64,000 bases of DNA from an uncultured Mycoplasmatota bacterium (GCA_946402735.1 CAMIXH010000002.1:29080-93079), one strand, 5' to 3'; shown: positions 46,277 to 54,825, counted from the first letter of the stretch. A program made the numbers and translations. Notes: generated from the sequence alone by a model not told the origin.

Positions 46277-49200
46277 CTAATACTTTAACTCAAATAGTTT
46301 TCCATCATATGTTCCAGAGTTTCCATTTCTTCCATAATTTCCACCCCAATTAAATCCAGCATCTTTGTATGCATATGCCCATAATATATAGTTAACGTTC
46401 TTACAATTTTCTTCACTTCCACCAAGTGCATTAACAAATTCTAAATATTCAGATAATTCACGAGTATTATATGGAGAATATTCTTTTCCATTAACCGTTA
46501 TTCTCTTAGAATAATTTATATCTTGAGCAATACCATATGCATGAGAATCAAATGTTCCACTAGCTGTTTTTTTCTCTATAAATACAGTACCATCCATAAT
46601 ATCATTCATAGTATATTTACAAGTTTGACCATTTGTAATTTTAACACCATTTGTTAACATCTTACATACACTCTTAAATGCTTTTTCAAAGTTTTTAACT
46701 GCATTTTTATGAACAGTATATTGTTTACTAGCAAATTCACTATTTCCTTCACATGTTGGACTAATAGTTACTAAATTAGCTGTTTTCCAATCAGGATTAA
46801 TAGTTATATGAGTAGCATCACTACCATCCTTATAACTAAATCCATAGAAGTTACCTCTATCTGGTGCTACATTAGGATATTCTGAAGTTGGTTTATTACC
46901 AGTTCTATCTTCATCTTCAGGAGTTTCTGGATCTGCTGGAGTACTATCTCCATCAGAACATCTAATTAATGTTGCTCCTTCATCTCCATATTCCTCTTGC
47001 ATTATTTGAGTAAATGACATACCTTGGTTAGCTTTATCTTCCCAACGATGTTGATATGTATCTACATAATGTGCACTAAATGGTGCACTGCCATCTATAA
47101 TTAAATAATCAGATGCTTTTTCATATAATGCTTGATATATAGGATATAAACTTTCATTTACTCCTTTATATGTTCCTCTTCCAGGATAGTAACTATGACA
47201 ACCTTGAAGTGTTGGAAGTGGTGTATTTAGTGAATAACAACCTCTCAAAATACCACAATAAACTTGATCACAGTTACCACTTCTCATTTTTATTGTACTA
47301 CCCTTTGTATAATTATTATTTCTTCTTAAAGCATAACTAATAGCTGCTACCATTTGAGATAATACATAATTATCATTATTTCTTTGAGCACCTATTTCTC
47401 CATAAGTTACACCCATTATATAATCTGCAAAAGTTGTTTTAAGCATAGGTGAACCTAAACAGTCTGTTAATTCAACTGTTATTTCATTTAAATTTGCTGT
47501 TAAATATTGTTGACAATTTGCTCCAGTTGGAACACCTGTATATCCACCTAATGTACTATCATAATCATCCCTTTCATCAGGGTCATCTCTATTTAAAGAA
47601 TGATTCATATTTGTTTTTCTTCCAACAATATCTTGTATTAATTGTTCTACTACTTTTGGAGTAAACACGTCATCATACGTAATATTTACTTTTCCATAGT
47701 AAACACCACCTGAATCCATAGATGGACCAAATGATGGGAAGTTTTGATATGCATATCCATTTCTATAATCAAAAGCTACTCCACCATATCCAGTAAAATA
47801 ATCTTTTGTTTTAGAATTAAGATCTGCTGCTTGATAGAATATTTCACTAGATGTAGCATCAGGTGTTTCTAATGCCTTTCTAGCTTTATTAACACTACCC
47901 ATATCAAGCTTATATGTAACATTAGATCCATATGATGAAGCAATAGCTTTTAATTGTTGATTTAACACTTCTTCAGTATAAGCATCATCAGCATTTTTAC
48001 ATTCATCAGAAGATGTTTCAAAGTTTTTATACTTTAATACTACTTCATCAAATTTATCAGCAGCATCTGCTCCAAATCTCATAAATACTTTCCACTTATC
48101 TAGATTATATTTATCAGATTCTGATTCTTTATATTCACATTTACCAGTAATACTTGTTACTTTATCATTTTCATCTTTAGTTACATCAACTACCCATTCA
48201 TAATAATATGATTTAGTAACAGCATGTGAATGCTTAATTAAATCATCAATACCTTTTCTAGTTATATGAGTATTTTTATCTTGTAAAACTTCACTTAAAC
48301 TAGAATAATGCTCTGTAGTTGGTGCTAAATTAGGTGCTTCATTTGGATTAATATATTGATCTACTGTCGGTCTTGTATCATATCCATAGAAAATTGTTGA
48401 GAATATCAATGCTTGATCTACATTGTTCTTCTTAGTTTCTTTTTCAATATATCTAATAAGTTCACAAGTTTCAGTTATTTTGTGTCCCCATAAACTATTC
48501 CACCCATCAGCTATACCAGTCCAGAAATTACCTTCACAACTCTTATTATTTTCTAAATAATTAATAAGATCTGTTCTATTCATTGGATTTCCATTTGCAT
48601 CATATTGATACTTTTCATCATCTACTAAACCTGGCATCTCACCTGTTTCTTCTTTAGTAGCTTCAGGCAAACCAAAGAAACTAACAAGTCCTAATGTTAG
48701 ATTATCAATTGCGGCCATTACTGCTATAACAATAAATGCAACAACAAATGCAGCTAACATTCCGCCAATAATTATGATATACCATTTATATTTCTTCCAT
48801 AGCTTTTTGCCAATTTTTAATCCGCCGCCACTATCTTTATCATCATCTTTATCTTTGTCAACGCCATCATCATCGTCTTTTTTGTCTTTTTCTTTTTTGT
48901 CATCAGAAGATTCACCATCTTTTTTCTCTTTATCACCAGATGATTTTTCTAGGCCATCACTATCACTTTTTTCTTTATCTTTGTCATCCTTACTTTCTAG
49001 ACCATCAGTATCTTTTTTCTTTTTTTCTCCAGTAATGTCATCAGCTTCTTGATCTTCTTCTTTTTGTTTCTTTTGTTTAGAACTAGTCTTTCCATAATCT
49101 TCATCAGTACCTCTTATTTCTTGATTCTTACCAGTTCTATCATTTATGCTTTTAATGTCATCAGTTTTATTATCGTTGCCCATGCTAAAACCACCGAATT

Positions 49201-49291
49201 CACCAAATCCGTTAAAAGAAACACTAACATTACTTTGACTAGCTTGATCTATATCTTGTTCAAGTGACTCATCATTATAATCGTCATTCAT
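46277..49291 (-). CDS. Large T4SS-associated cell-wall hydrolase: disordered charged N-tail, TM, SpoIID-like region, C-terminal LAS (M15-type) peptidase-like domain
   Basis: The D/K/E-rich region covers residues 1-165, followed by a TM (WYIIIIGGMLAAFVVAFIVIAVMAAI). The SpoIID-like patch reads MVAAISYALRR..GNCDQVYC. The LAS motifs are SHAYGIAQD and GFNWGGNY..DGKLFEL. Confidence 0.6.
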   Translation of the reverse strand: MNDDYNDESLEQDIDQASQSNVSVSFNGFGEFGGFSMGNDNKTDDIKSINDRTGKNQEIRGTDEDYGKTSSKQKKQKEEDQEADDITGEKKKKDTDGLESKDDKDKEKSDSDGLEKSSGDKEKKDGESSDDKKEKDKKDDDDGVDKDKDDDKDSGGGLKIGKKLWKKYKWYIIIIGGMLAAFVVAFIVIAVMAAIDNLTLGLVSFFGLPEATKEETGEMPGLVDDEKYQYDANGNPMNRTDLINYLENNKSCEGNFWTGIADGWNSLWGHKITETCELIRYIEKETKKNNVDQALIFSTIFYGYDTRPTVDQYINPNEAPNLAPTTEHYSSLSEVLQDKNTHITRKGIDDLIKHSHAVTKSYYYEWVVDVTKDENDKVTSITGKCEYKESESDKYNLDKWKVFMRFGADAADKFDEVVLKYKNFETSSDECKNADDAYTEEVLNQQLKAIASSYGSNVTYKLDMGSVNKARKALETPDATSSEIFYQAADLNSKTKDYFTGYGGVAFDYRNGYAYQNFPSFGPSMDSGGVYYGKVNITYDDVFTPKVVEQLIQDIVGRKTNMNHSLNRDDPDERDDYDSTLGGYTGVPTGANCQQYLTANLNEITVELTDCLGSPMLKTTFADYIMGVTYGEIGAQRNNDNYVLSQMVAAISYALRRNNNYTKGSTIKMRSGNCDQVYCGILRGCYSLNTPLPTLQGCHSYYPGRGTYKGVNESLYPIYQALYEKASDYLIIDGSAPFSAHYVDTYQHRWEDKANQGMSFTQIMQEEYGDEGATLIRCSDGDSTPADPETPEDEDRTGNKPTSEYPNVAPDRGNFYGFSYKDGSDATHITINPDWKTANLVTISPTCEGNSEFASKQYTVHKNAVKNFEKAFKSVCKMLTNGVKITNGQTCKYTMNDIMDGTVFIEKKTASGTFDSHAYGIAQDINYSKRITVNGKEYSPYNTRELSEYLEFVNALGGSEENCKNVNYILWAYAYKDAGFNWGGNYGRNGNSGTYDGKLFELKY

Positions 49292-49325
49292 AATTAACTC
49301 CTTTTAAGAAAAAAAGAGGATTTTA

Positions 49326-51116
49326 TTAGAATCCTCCTCCTGATCCAAATGATTCTAACTCTTGTTGAGTTGCTATTACATTAATACGCATTCTTCTGTT
49401 TCCACATACAAATAATGCTTGTCCTTGAGAATATCTCTTTATAGAATCTCTTTCTTGATCATTTAAGTCTATTAATTTTGATAAATCATCAACAGCTTGT
49501 TTCTTAAGTCCCATAACTAAATAATATGAAGCATTATCAAATATAGCTTTACCATGAACAAGTACGTTAGGAGCAGCAAAGTCTGTTGGTTGTTGTGTAA
49601 TAACAATAGTACCTGTATTATACTTACGACTACGTCTTTGGATACGTGCTAAGAATTCAGCACCTAATGTATTTTGATCAGCAAGAAGCATATGTGCTTC
49701 ATCAACCATTAATATAGTATTTACTTCTCTATCTAATGTAAGTCCCCATGCAAACTTTAATATGTTGAAGAATAATGCATTTCTGATATTACTATCTGCA
49801 TTCATAACTTCACGAATATTAAATACTATAAAGTCTGCATCTGTATCAATAGTAGTTTTACCTGTGAAATAATATCTTAGCTCATTTACTAATGGTCTAA
49901 TCTTTATTTCAAGTCTTTCCATGATATCTCTTTCATGAGTATGCTCAGTCATAGCAAATAATTTACCTTTGATTGTAGCATATACATCATCAAATGTTGG
50001 ATAATCATGTGCGAATATCTTAGTAAAATCAGTATTGAAATCTATTTTATATCTCTTATATGTTTCTTGAACCATTTCACTGAATAGTGTTAAAACATCT
50101 TCTTCAATGTCAGGACTATAGTACTTCATGAATGCTTTTAATGTTTGAAGAGTACGAGTAAGTACAGCATATCCCATACCTTCTGTCATTTCTTCTTCAT
50201 CAGCATCAAGTACTACTTCTAATGGGTTTATCATACCAAAGTCGCCACCACGACCTAAGTCGATAAAATCTCCACCATATAATCTAGTCATTTCTTCAAG
50301 CTCACCTTCAGGGTCTATTGCTACGATCTTATGACCATTTCTAATATTACTTCTTAAAAGAACTTTAGCAGCTGTAGATTTACCACTACCAGAAGTACCT
50401 AAGATAATCATATTAGCATTATTTCTATTAAATTCTTTCTTAGTTTGATATAAGAATTGGTTAAATAAGATAACACCACCAGAGTAATCAACACCAAGTA
50501 AACATGCAAGTCCTGGATCCTTAATACTATCGAATACAAATGGATACATAGCAGCCATTGTAACTGATGGTATTGGTGTACCTATTCTATCTTCTATATC
50601 ATTCTTTTCAAATATAGGAAGCATACTTTCTATAATTTTTCTTTGTTCAAATCTTAAAACTAATCCCTTCATTCCCATAGCATCTAAATAGTTCTTAACT
50701 TGAACTTTTTTATTTTCTAATTCTTCATGAGAATCAGCACTTAATAATAAATGCATTTGGAAATCGAAGATTCTAGCTTGTGTTGCAGCTAGCATTTCAA
50801 TAAAACTTTCAATACTTTCATAATCTTGACGATATCTTTCTTGAATAGTTCTATCTCTTTCATCTTGATATCTAGCTTTTAAATCAGCAATCTCTGAGTT
50901 TAACATTTTTGATAAAACGCTAAATGAGATTGGAATATGTTTAATACATACTTTAATTCCAGATAATTGTGTAATATTTGCAAGATAACCTTCACTAATA
51001 GATTTAGGATAACTAACTATTGTTAAAACACAACAGTATTTATCACTAATAATCATTTCTGAAGATTTAAATTCTAATCCCTTTGGGGCTAATTGACTCT
51101 TAAAACTTACGCTCAT
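49326..51116 (-). CDS. virB4: VirB4-family T4SS ATPase, C-terminal (ATPase) portion
   Basis: Has Walker A (ILGTSGSGKST) and Walker B (LMVDEAHML). The N-terminal LEFKSSEMIISDKYCCVLTIVSYP resembles the mid-region of full-length Gram-positive VirB4s. Confidence 0.85.
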   Translation of the reverse strand: MSVSFKSQLAPKGLEFKSSEMIISDKYCCVLTIVSYPKSISEGYLANITQLSGIKVCIKHIPISFSVLSKMLNSEIADLKARYQDERDRTIQERYRQDYESIESFIEMLAATQARIFDFQMHLLLSADSHEELENKKVQVKNYLDAMGMKGLVLRFEQRKIIESMLPIFEKNDIEDRIGTPIPSVTMAAMYPFVFDSIKDPGLACLLGVDYSGGVILFNQFLYQTKKEFNRNNANMIILGTSGSGKSTAAKVLLRSNIRNGHKIVAIDPEGELEEMTRLYGGDFIDLGRGGDFGMINPLEVVLDADEEEMTEGMGYAVLTRTLQTLKAFMKYYSPDIEEDVLTLFSEMVQETYKRYKIDFNTDFTKIFAHDYPTFDDVYATIKGKLFAMTEHTHERDIMERLEIKIRPLVNELRYYFTGKTTIDTDADFIVFNIREVMNADSNIRNALFFNILKFAWGLTLDREVNTILMVDEAHMLLADQNTLGAEFLARIQRRSRKYNTGTIVITQQPTDFAAPNVLVHGKAIFDNASYYLVMGLKKQAVDDLSKLIDLNDQERDSIKRYSQGQALFVCGNRRMRINVIATQQELESFGSGGGF

Positions 51117-51700
51117 ATACTACTCATCACCGTCCCAAAATTAATAGTGTCTCCACCATTCATAAATCCATCTAATAATGTTCTTAAATCATCATTACTT
51201 ACTTGTGTTGATTGTAGTCCAGCTAAAGCAAGTCCTGATACCATATTTTGTATTCTCTTTTGAATAACTTCAGGTCTTCTTTCTTTAAATAGTAAGAAGT
51301 ATTCAGTATCAGTTACATTAACTTCTTTACTCATAAATAAATTAGCTTTTTCTATATCTTCTCTAACTAATTTTCTCATAGCTTGAGATTGTACAGAATT
51401 ATAAAGTAATTTTAATTGAGCAAGATATACATTAATATCAACTGGTCTATCAGATACAATTAACCAGAAAGGATAATCTATAGTATTATAGAAATTTCTT
51501 AAATTAAAGATGGCATTACTTTGACTATCATAGTCTAAGATAAAGATGTTTCTAGGTTTAACTTTAACACCTGTTACTCTATATCCATTATCTAAAAATA
51601 TTTCACCATTTTGAATACCCTTTATAGGTAACCAATCTTCTGCAAATTTTCTTGTAGAATTACTTTTTGATTTGTTCGCTTCCGTATTCAATTCTAGCAC
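51113..51700 (-). CDS. VirB4 N-terminal domain encoded as a separate ORF
   Basis: AEDWLPIKGIQNGEIFLDNGYRVTGVKVKPRNIF resembles the N-termini of Tn916-Orf16 / PrgJ-type VirB4 proteins (from memory). It has an ATGA stop/start overlap with the ATPase ORF. 195 + 596 aa comes to about the length of a full VirB4. The start codon is GTG. Confidence 0.6.
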   Translation of the reverse strand: MLELNTEANKSKSNSTRKFAEDWLPIKGIQNGEIFLDNGYRVTGVKVKPRNIFILDYDSQSNAIFNLRNFYNTIDYPFWLIVSDRPVDINVYLAQLKLLYNSVQSQAMRKLVREDIEKANLFMSKEVNVTDTEYFLLFKERRPEVIQKRIQNMVSGLALAGLQSTQVSNDDLRTLLDGFMNGGDTINFGTVMSSI

Positions 51701-51986
51701 ACCATCCTCTCCAACAATACTGTTTAGGCTCTAATATAAATATTATAGCCTCCTCTATAAATACCAGAACATTGTGGTAATAAGGTATAGGCACAACCAA
51801 TAATACACACAATGTTAATGGTAATAACTTTAATACAAGAGTCATAAAACCTTCACCAGGCACTATAAACATCATCATCAATGTTACAAACCCACCACCA
51901 ATAAGAACAGCCAAGTCTATTGGTCTAAATACACCAAACATTAACTGACCTTTTTTACTATTGGCGGGTATTAAATAATTATTCAT
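51660..51986 (-). CDS. PrgI / VirB3-like small membrane protein
   Basis: 108 aa with an IP..SKKGQLMFG..RPIDL N-terminus and two TM segments. It sits immediately upstream of VirB4, as in Gram-positive T4SS loci. Confidence 0.55.
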   Translation of the reverse strand: MNNYLIPANSKKGQLMFGVFRPIDLAVLIGGGFVTLMMMFIVPGEGFMTLVLKLLPLTLCVLLVVPIPYYHNVLVFIEEAIIFILEPKQYCWRGWCARIEYGSEQIKK

Positions 51987-52026
51987 ACTCTTTTTTCCTT
52001 TCTATTAATTTAATATCAATTTTAAA

Positions 52027-54192
52027 CTATTTATTCTTTGGATTTCCTCCATGAGTTCTTTGATAACTTGGCTTATTTTGTATAGCAGCTTTTTCTTCGT
52101 GGATTCTTCTCTTCTCATCTGTTCTGTTCTTACCACTAGCGTCTCTTCCACCAGCATCAAGATAACTTTGACGTTTACTTCTAACATCGGCGCTATGATC
52201 ACCTTCAAATCCTTTTCTAGCATCATAGTAATCTTTAGCACGTTTTTCTGCATTATGACGAGCCACTTCTGCAGCAGTTTTAGCATCTGCAATACTCTTC
52301 TCTTGTGCTGCAAGTCTTTCTTCAGCTTCTATCTTTCTTTGTTGCATTTCTTCAAGAAGTTGTTGACCAGCAATTCTATCTTCATCAGTTGTTGCTGAAT
52401 CTAATTGTTCTTGTGCTTCAGCAACTCTTCTATCTGCATCAGATATATTACTTCTATATGAACTTAAATCTGTTGTACTAATACTATCGTATGCAGCTTG
52501 AGCTTGTTGATATGCTTTGTCATAATCAAGCATTTTAGCAGCATAAGCATCTTTATCTTCTCCAAGTTTAACATCACTATATCCACCTGAATATGTATCT
52601 CTAAAGTAGTCTGCAGCATGATCAGCATCGTAACCCTCTTGACTTGCACCCCAAGTTTGATCGAATTGTGATGTTAAATGTCCGTCGTTATCAACAGTTC
52701 CCATCTTAGAATCTTTAACTGCGAATTTTTCTGCTGAATCTAATGCATCTAAAGCCGCACTTTGTCTATCAAGTTTAGCAATCTTTCTATCTTGTGCATT
52801 TCCTACACCAGCAGCGCTTTGTACATTTCCAATTCCAGTTTGTATTAAGCCACCTCTAGCAGCAATATTTTGTCCTTTTGCTTTTGTATCTTTACCAACT
52901 TGTCCTTGTCCTTTGAAGAAATCTGCAACATTCTTTCCTTTTGCTCCAGATCTAGCACCACCAGTTATACCTGATCCAATACCAGCTATAGCTCCGCCAA
53001 TGCCACCTCCGGCAAATCCACCGACTGCACCAACAAGTCCACCAATAGTGCCACCTGCAACTCCTCCAACAAGTCCTTTAAGGAATGGCATGAAGTCACG
53101 CTTTTTAGTTTCTATTTCTAAATGTAATATTTCATTTATAAAGCTTGGAATATCTCCAGCAAATTTAAATGCAGCAATAATAATTAATATTATCATTAAT
53201 GCTACTGTATACCACTCATCAGAGTTAATTGCTGGGAAGTAATCTGTTATATTTCTAATAAATTTAACTACAAAATTACAAACAAGAAGCATACTAAACA
53301 TACGTATAAATACTTCTACATATACAGCACTATACTTCTTTACAAAAGCTGAGAATGTTTTACCTTTAATACCCTCACCAATAATAGTGATTATTGCTAT
53401 TGGGGCTACTACTTGCAAGATTAATAACTTAAATGCACGAACTCCAACTTGAATAGTCGTTTTTATAAATGCGTAAATCATATAACATGCCGCAGCAAAA
53501 CCAACTACATAGAAGTAGTCAAACTTCTTACCAATATCACCTGCTATTTGAGGTAGATTTCTAAATTCTATATGACCATTATCATTTAATGCTTGTTTTA
53601 AAGGTTCTTGATTCTGTGGATCTTTAGCATCTGTTATGAATGTTGAACATACCGAAAACGCAATATATTCACCAATATCTGGCATTTCTTCAGCAGTACC
53701 AAAAACAATTCTATTAATAAGACCAGAATCTTTTCCACCTGTTATATCTGCTATTTGCCCCAAAACAACAAAATTATAGTTATCTGGAGTACCTATAATT
53801 AACATACTAAGTTCATTAAATAATGTAAAAATTGTATTATAACTTAACAGTAATGCCGCAGTTATAAATATATTAATAAGTATTTCTTTACCTTTTTTAC
53901 TAGCTTCTTCTGGATTTAACATAAAGTTAATCAAAGAAATACCTAATTTATACACAACAAAAACCATAACTAGAGCTTCAATTCTAGTTAGGATACCTGA
54001 AATAAGTCCATATAAACTATTAAAGTTTAGTGTACACATCAATTGGAATAACTTATATGAATATGCTAGTAGCATATAAGCAAGACCATCAAAGAATAGT
54101 AATGCTTTATAGAAAATCTCTGTAATCCAATCGACAAAGCCACCTATATTTATCAAATCAGTGAAAAAACCTATAATTGTAAGTATATTCAT
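52027..54192 (-). CDS. VirB6-like polytopic T4SS membrane protein with a Gly-rich segment and a long hydrophilic coiled-coil C-terminus
   Basis: Has about 8 TM segments in the first ~400 aa, then GGVAGGTIGGLVGAVGGFAGGGIGGAIAGIGSGITGG, then a ~260-aa Ala/Glu/Lys/Asp-rich tail. The start is moved to the ATG at 54192, behind GGGAG (7-nt spacing). Confidence 0.6.
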   Translation of the reverse strand: MNILTIIGFFTDLINIGGFVDWITEIFYKALLFFDGLAYMLLAYSYKLFQLMCTLNFNSLYGLISGILTRIEALVMVFVVYKLGISLINFMLNPEEASKKGKEILINIFITAALLLSYNTIFTLFNELSMLIIGTPDNYNFVVLGQIADITGGKDSGLINRIVFGTAEEMPDIGEYIAFSVCSTFITDAKDPQNQEPLKQALNDNGHIEFRNLPQIAGDIGKKFDYFYVVGFAAACYMIYAFIKTTIQVGVRAFKLLILQVVAPIAIITIIGEGIKGKTFSAFVKKYSAVYVEVFIRMFSMLLVCNFVVKFIRNITDYFPAINSDEWYTVALMIILIIIAAFKFAGDIPSFINEILHLEIETKKRDFMPFLKGLVGGVAGGTIGGLVGAVGGFAGGGIGGAIAGIGSGITGGARSGAKGKNVADFFKGQGQVGKDTKAKGQNIAARGGLIQTGIGNVQSAAGVGNAQDRKIAKLDRQSAALDALDSAEKFAVKDSKMGTVDNDGHLTSQFDQTWGASQEGYDADHAADYFRDTYSGGYSDVKLGEDKDAYAAKMLDYDKAYQQAQAAYDSISTTDLSSYRSNISDADRRVAEAQEQLDSATTDEDRIAGQQLLEEMQQRKIEAEERLAAQEKSIADAKTAAEVARHNAEKRAKDYYDARKGFEGDHSADVRSKRQSYLDAGGRDASGKNRTDEKRRIHEEKAAIQNKPSYQRTHGGNPKNK

Positions 54193-54220
54193 ATGTACAC
54201 TCCCTATTCCTATCATAAGA

Positions 54221-54262
54221 ATTATAACATAAATATTTTTTAAAATAAAGTATTTATGTTAT
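54221..54262 (-). promoter_or_regulatory. Extended -10 promoter overlapped by a perfect 12-bp inverted repeat, upstream of the T4SS-type operon
   Basis: The arms are ATAACATAAATA (54224-54235) and TATTTATGTTAT (54251-54262). On the minus strand TGTTATAAT (54229-54221) lies within one arm. Confidence 0.5.
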
Positions 54263-54516
54263 TCAAAATATTCATTTATTTCAACTTTATGTTCTAAAAA
54301 TAATTTGTTAATAACATAGTTAAATTCTTCCTCATCATCAATAGGAGAATACTTTGTTATTCCCCCTTCAAAATTAACCTTAACTATTGAAACGTCATTT
54401 TCAAATTCATCATTATTTATTAGATAAAGATATGTATTATCTTTATGTTTTAATACATCTATTACTAAATAATCCCCATTGTTAAATTTAATAACATTAT
54501 TCTTTTTTATATTCAT
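54259..54516 (-). CDS. Small hypothetical protein (DUF1292-like pattern)
   Basis: 85 aa. The SPIDDEEEFNYVINKL segment resembles the DUF1292 C-terminal motif. Weak assignment. Confidence 0.45.
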   Translation of the reverse strand: MNIKKNNVIKFNNGDYLVIDVLKHKDNTYLYLINNDEFENDVSIVKVNFEGGITKYSPIDDEEEFNYVINKLFLEHKVEINEYFE

Positions 54517-54518
54517 TT

Positions 54519-54767
54519 TTATAACCCCATAACATTATCTTTTTCATAATCACTAACATATTCACTAGCTGCATCAATTGTTTCACCAATTGAATCTTTT
54601 AAGAATCCTCTTGAATACATTAAAGAAACTAATACAACATTAGCATAATCAGTCTTTTCATCTCTAATAGCACCCTCACTTACAAATAAATGAGTACCTC
54701 TTGTATTAGGATTATATCTTGTTAATTCACTAATATTTTCAGCATCTACAATAGGTTTTATTTTCAT
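54519..54767 (-). CDS. Small hypothetical protein
   Basis: 82-aa ORF with an AGGTGAAGAGG RBS. No motif recognised. Confidence 0.5.
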   Translation of the reverse strand: MKIKPIVDAENISELTRYNPNTRGTHLFVSEGAIRDEKTDYANVVLVSLMYSRGFLKDSIGETIDAASEYVSDYEKDNVMGL

Positions 54768-54825
54768 AGCCTCTTCACCTATTATAATTTTATCATATTA
54801 TGGAACAATAAAAAAGAGTTATTTT

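Larger units (their letters stand above)
43016..54262 (-). mobile_element. Conjugation-type (Gram-positive T4SS) gene module. No relaxase, integrase or replication gene is seen in the window.
   Basis: Seven co-directional, tightly packed genes encode VirB6-like, VirB3/PrgI-like, split VirB4, a cell-wall hydrolase, a VirB8-position protein and a VirD4-type ATPase. The module has its own extended -10 promoter and terminator. Confidence 0.55.

Noticed and set aside
48774-49267. Plus-strand ORFs antisense to the charged N-tail of the 1004-aa hydrolase.
   Set aside because: They are antisense to D/K/E-rich low complexity, which gives Ser/Leu/Phe runs. They are not credible genes.
52005-53242. Overlapping ORFs inside the 3' half of the VirB6-like gene (52005-52313 and 52464-52649 on the minus strand in other frames; 52051-52398 and 52913-53242 on the plus strand).
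   Set aside because: The region is compositionally biased (Gly-rich and Ala/Glu-rich coding), which suppresses stops in alternative frames. The long frame has coherent TM plus coiled-coil architecture, and the others are low complexity.
43016-54767. The region considered as a complete ICE or prophage.
   Set aside because: I recognised no integrase, relaxase, excisionase, replication, capsid or terminase genes, no tRNA-adjacent insertion and no flanking direct repeats. It is therefore described only as a T4SS-type module.
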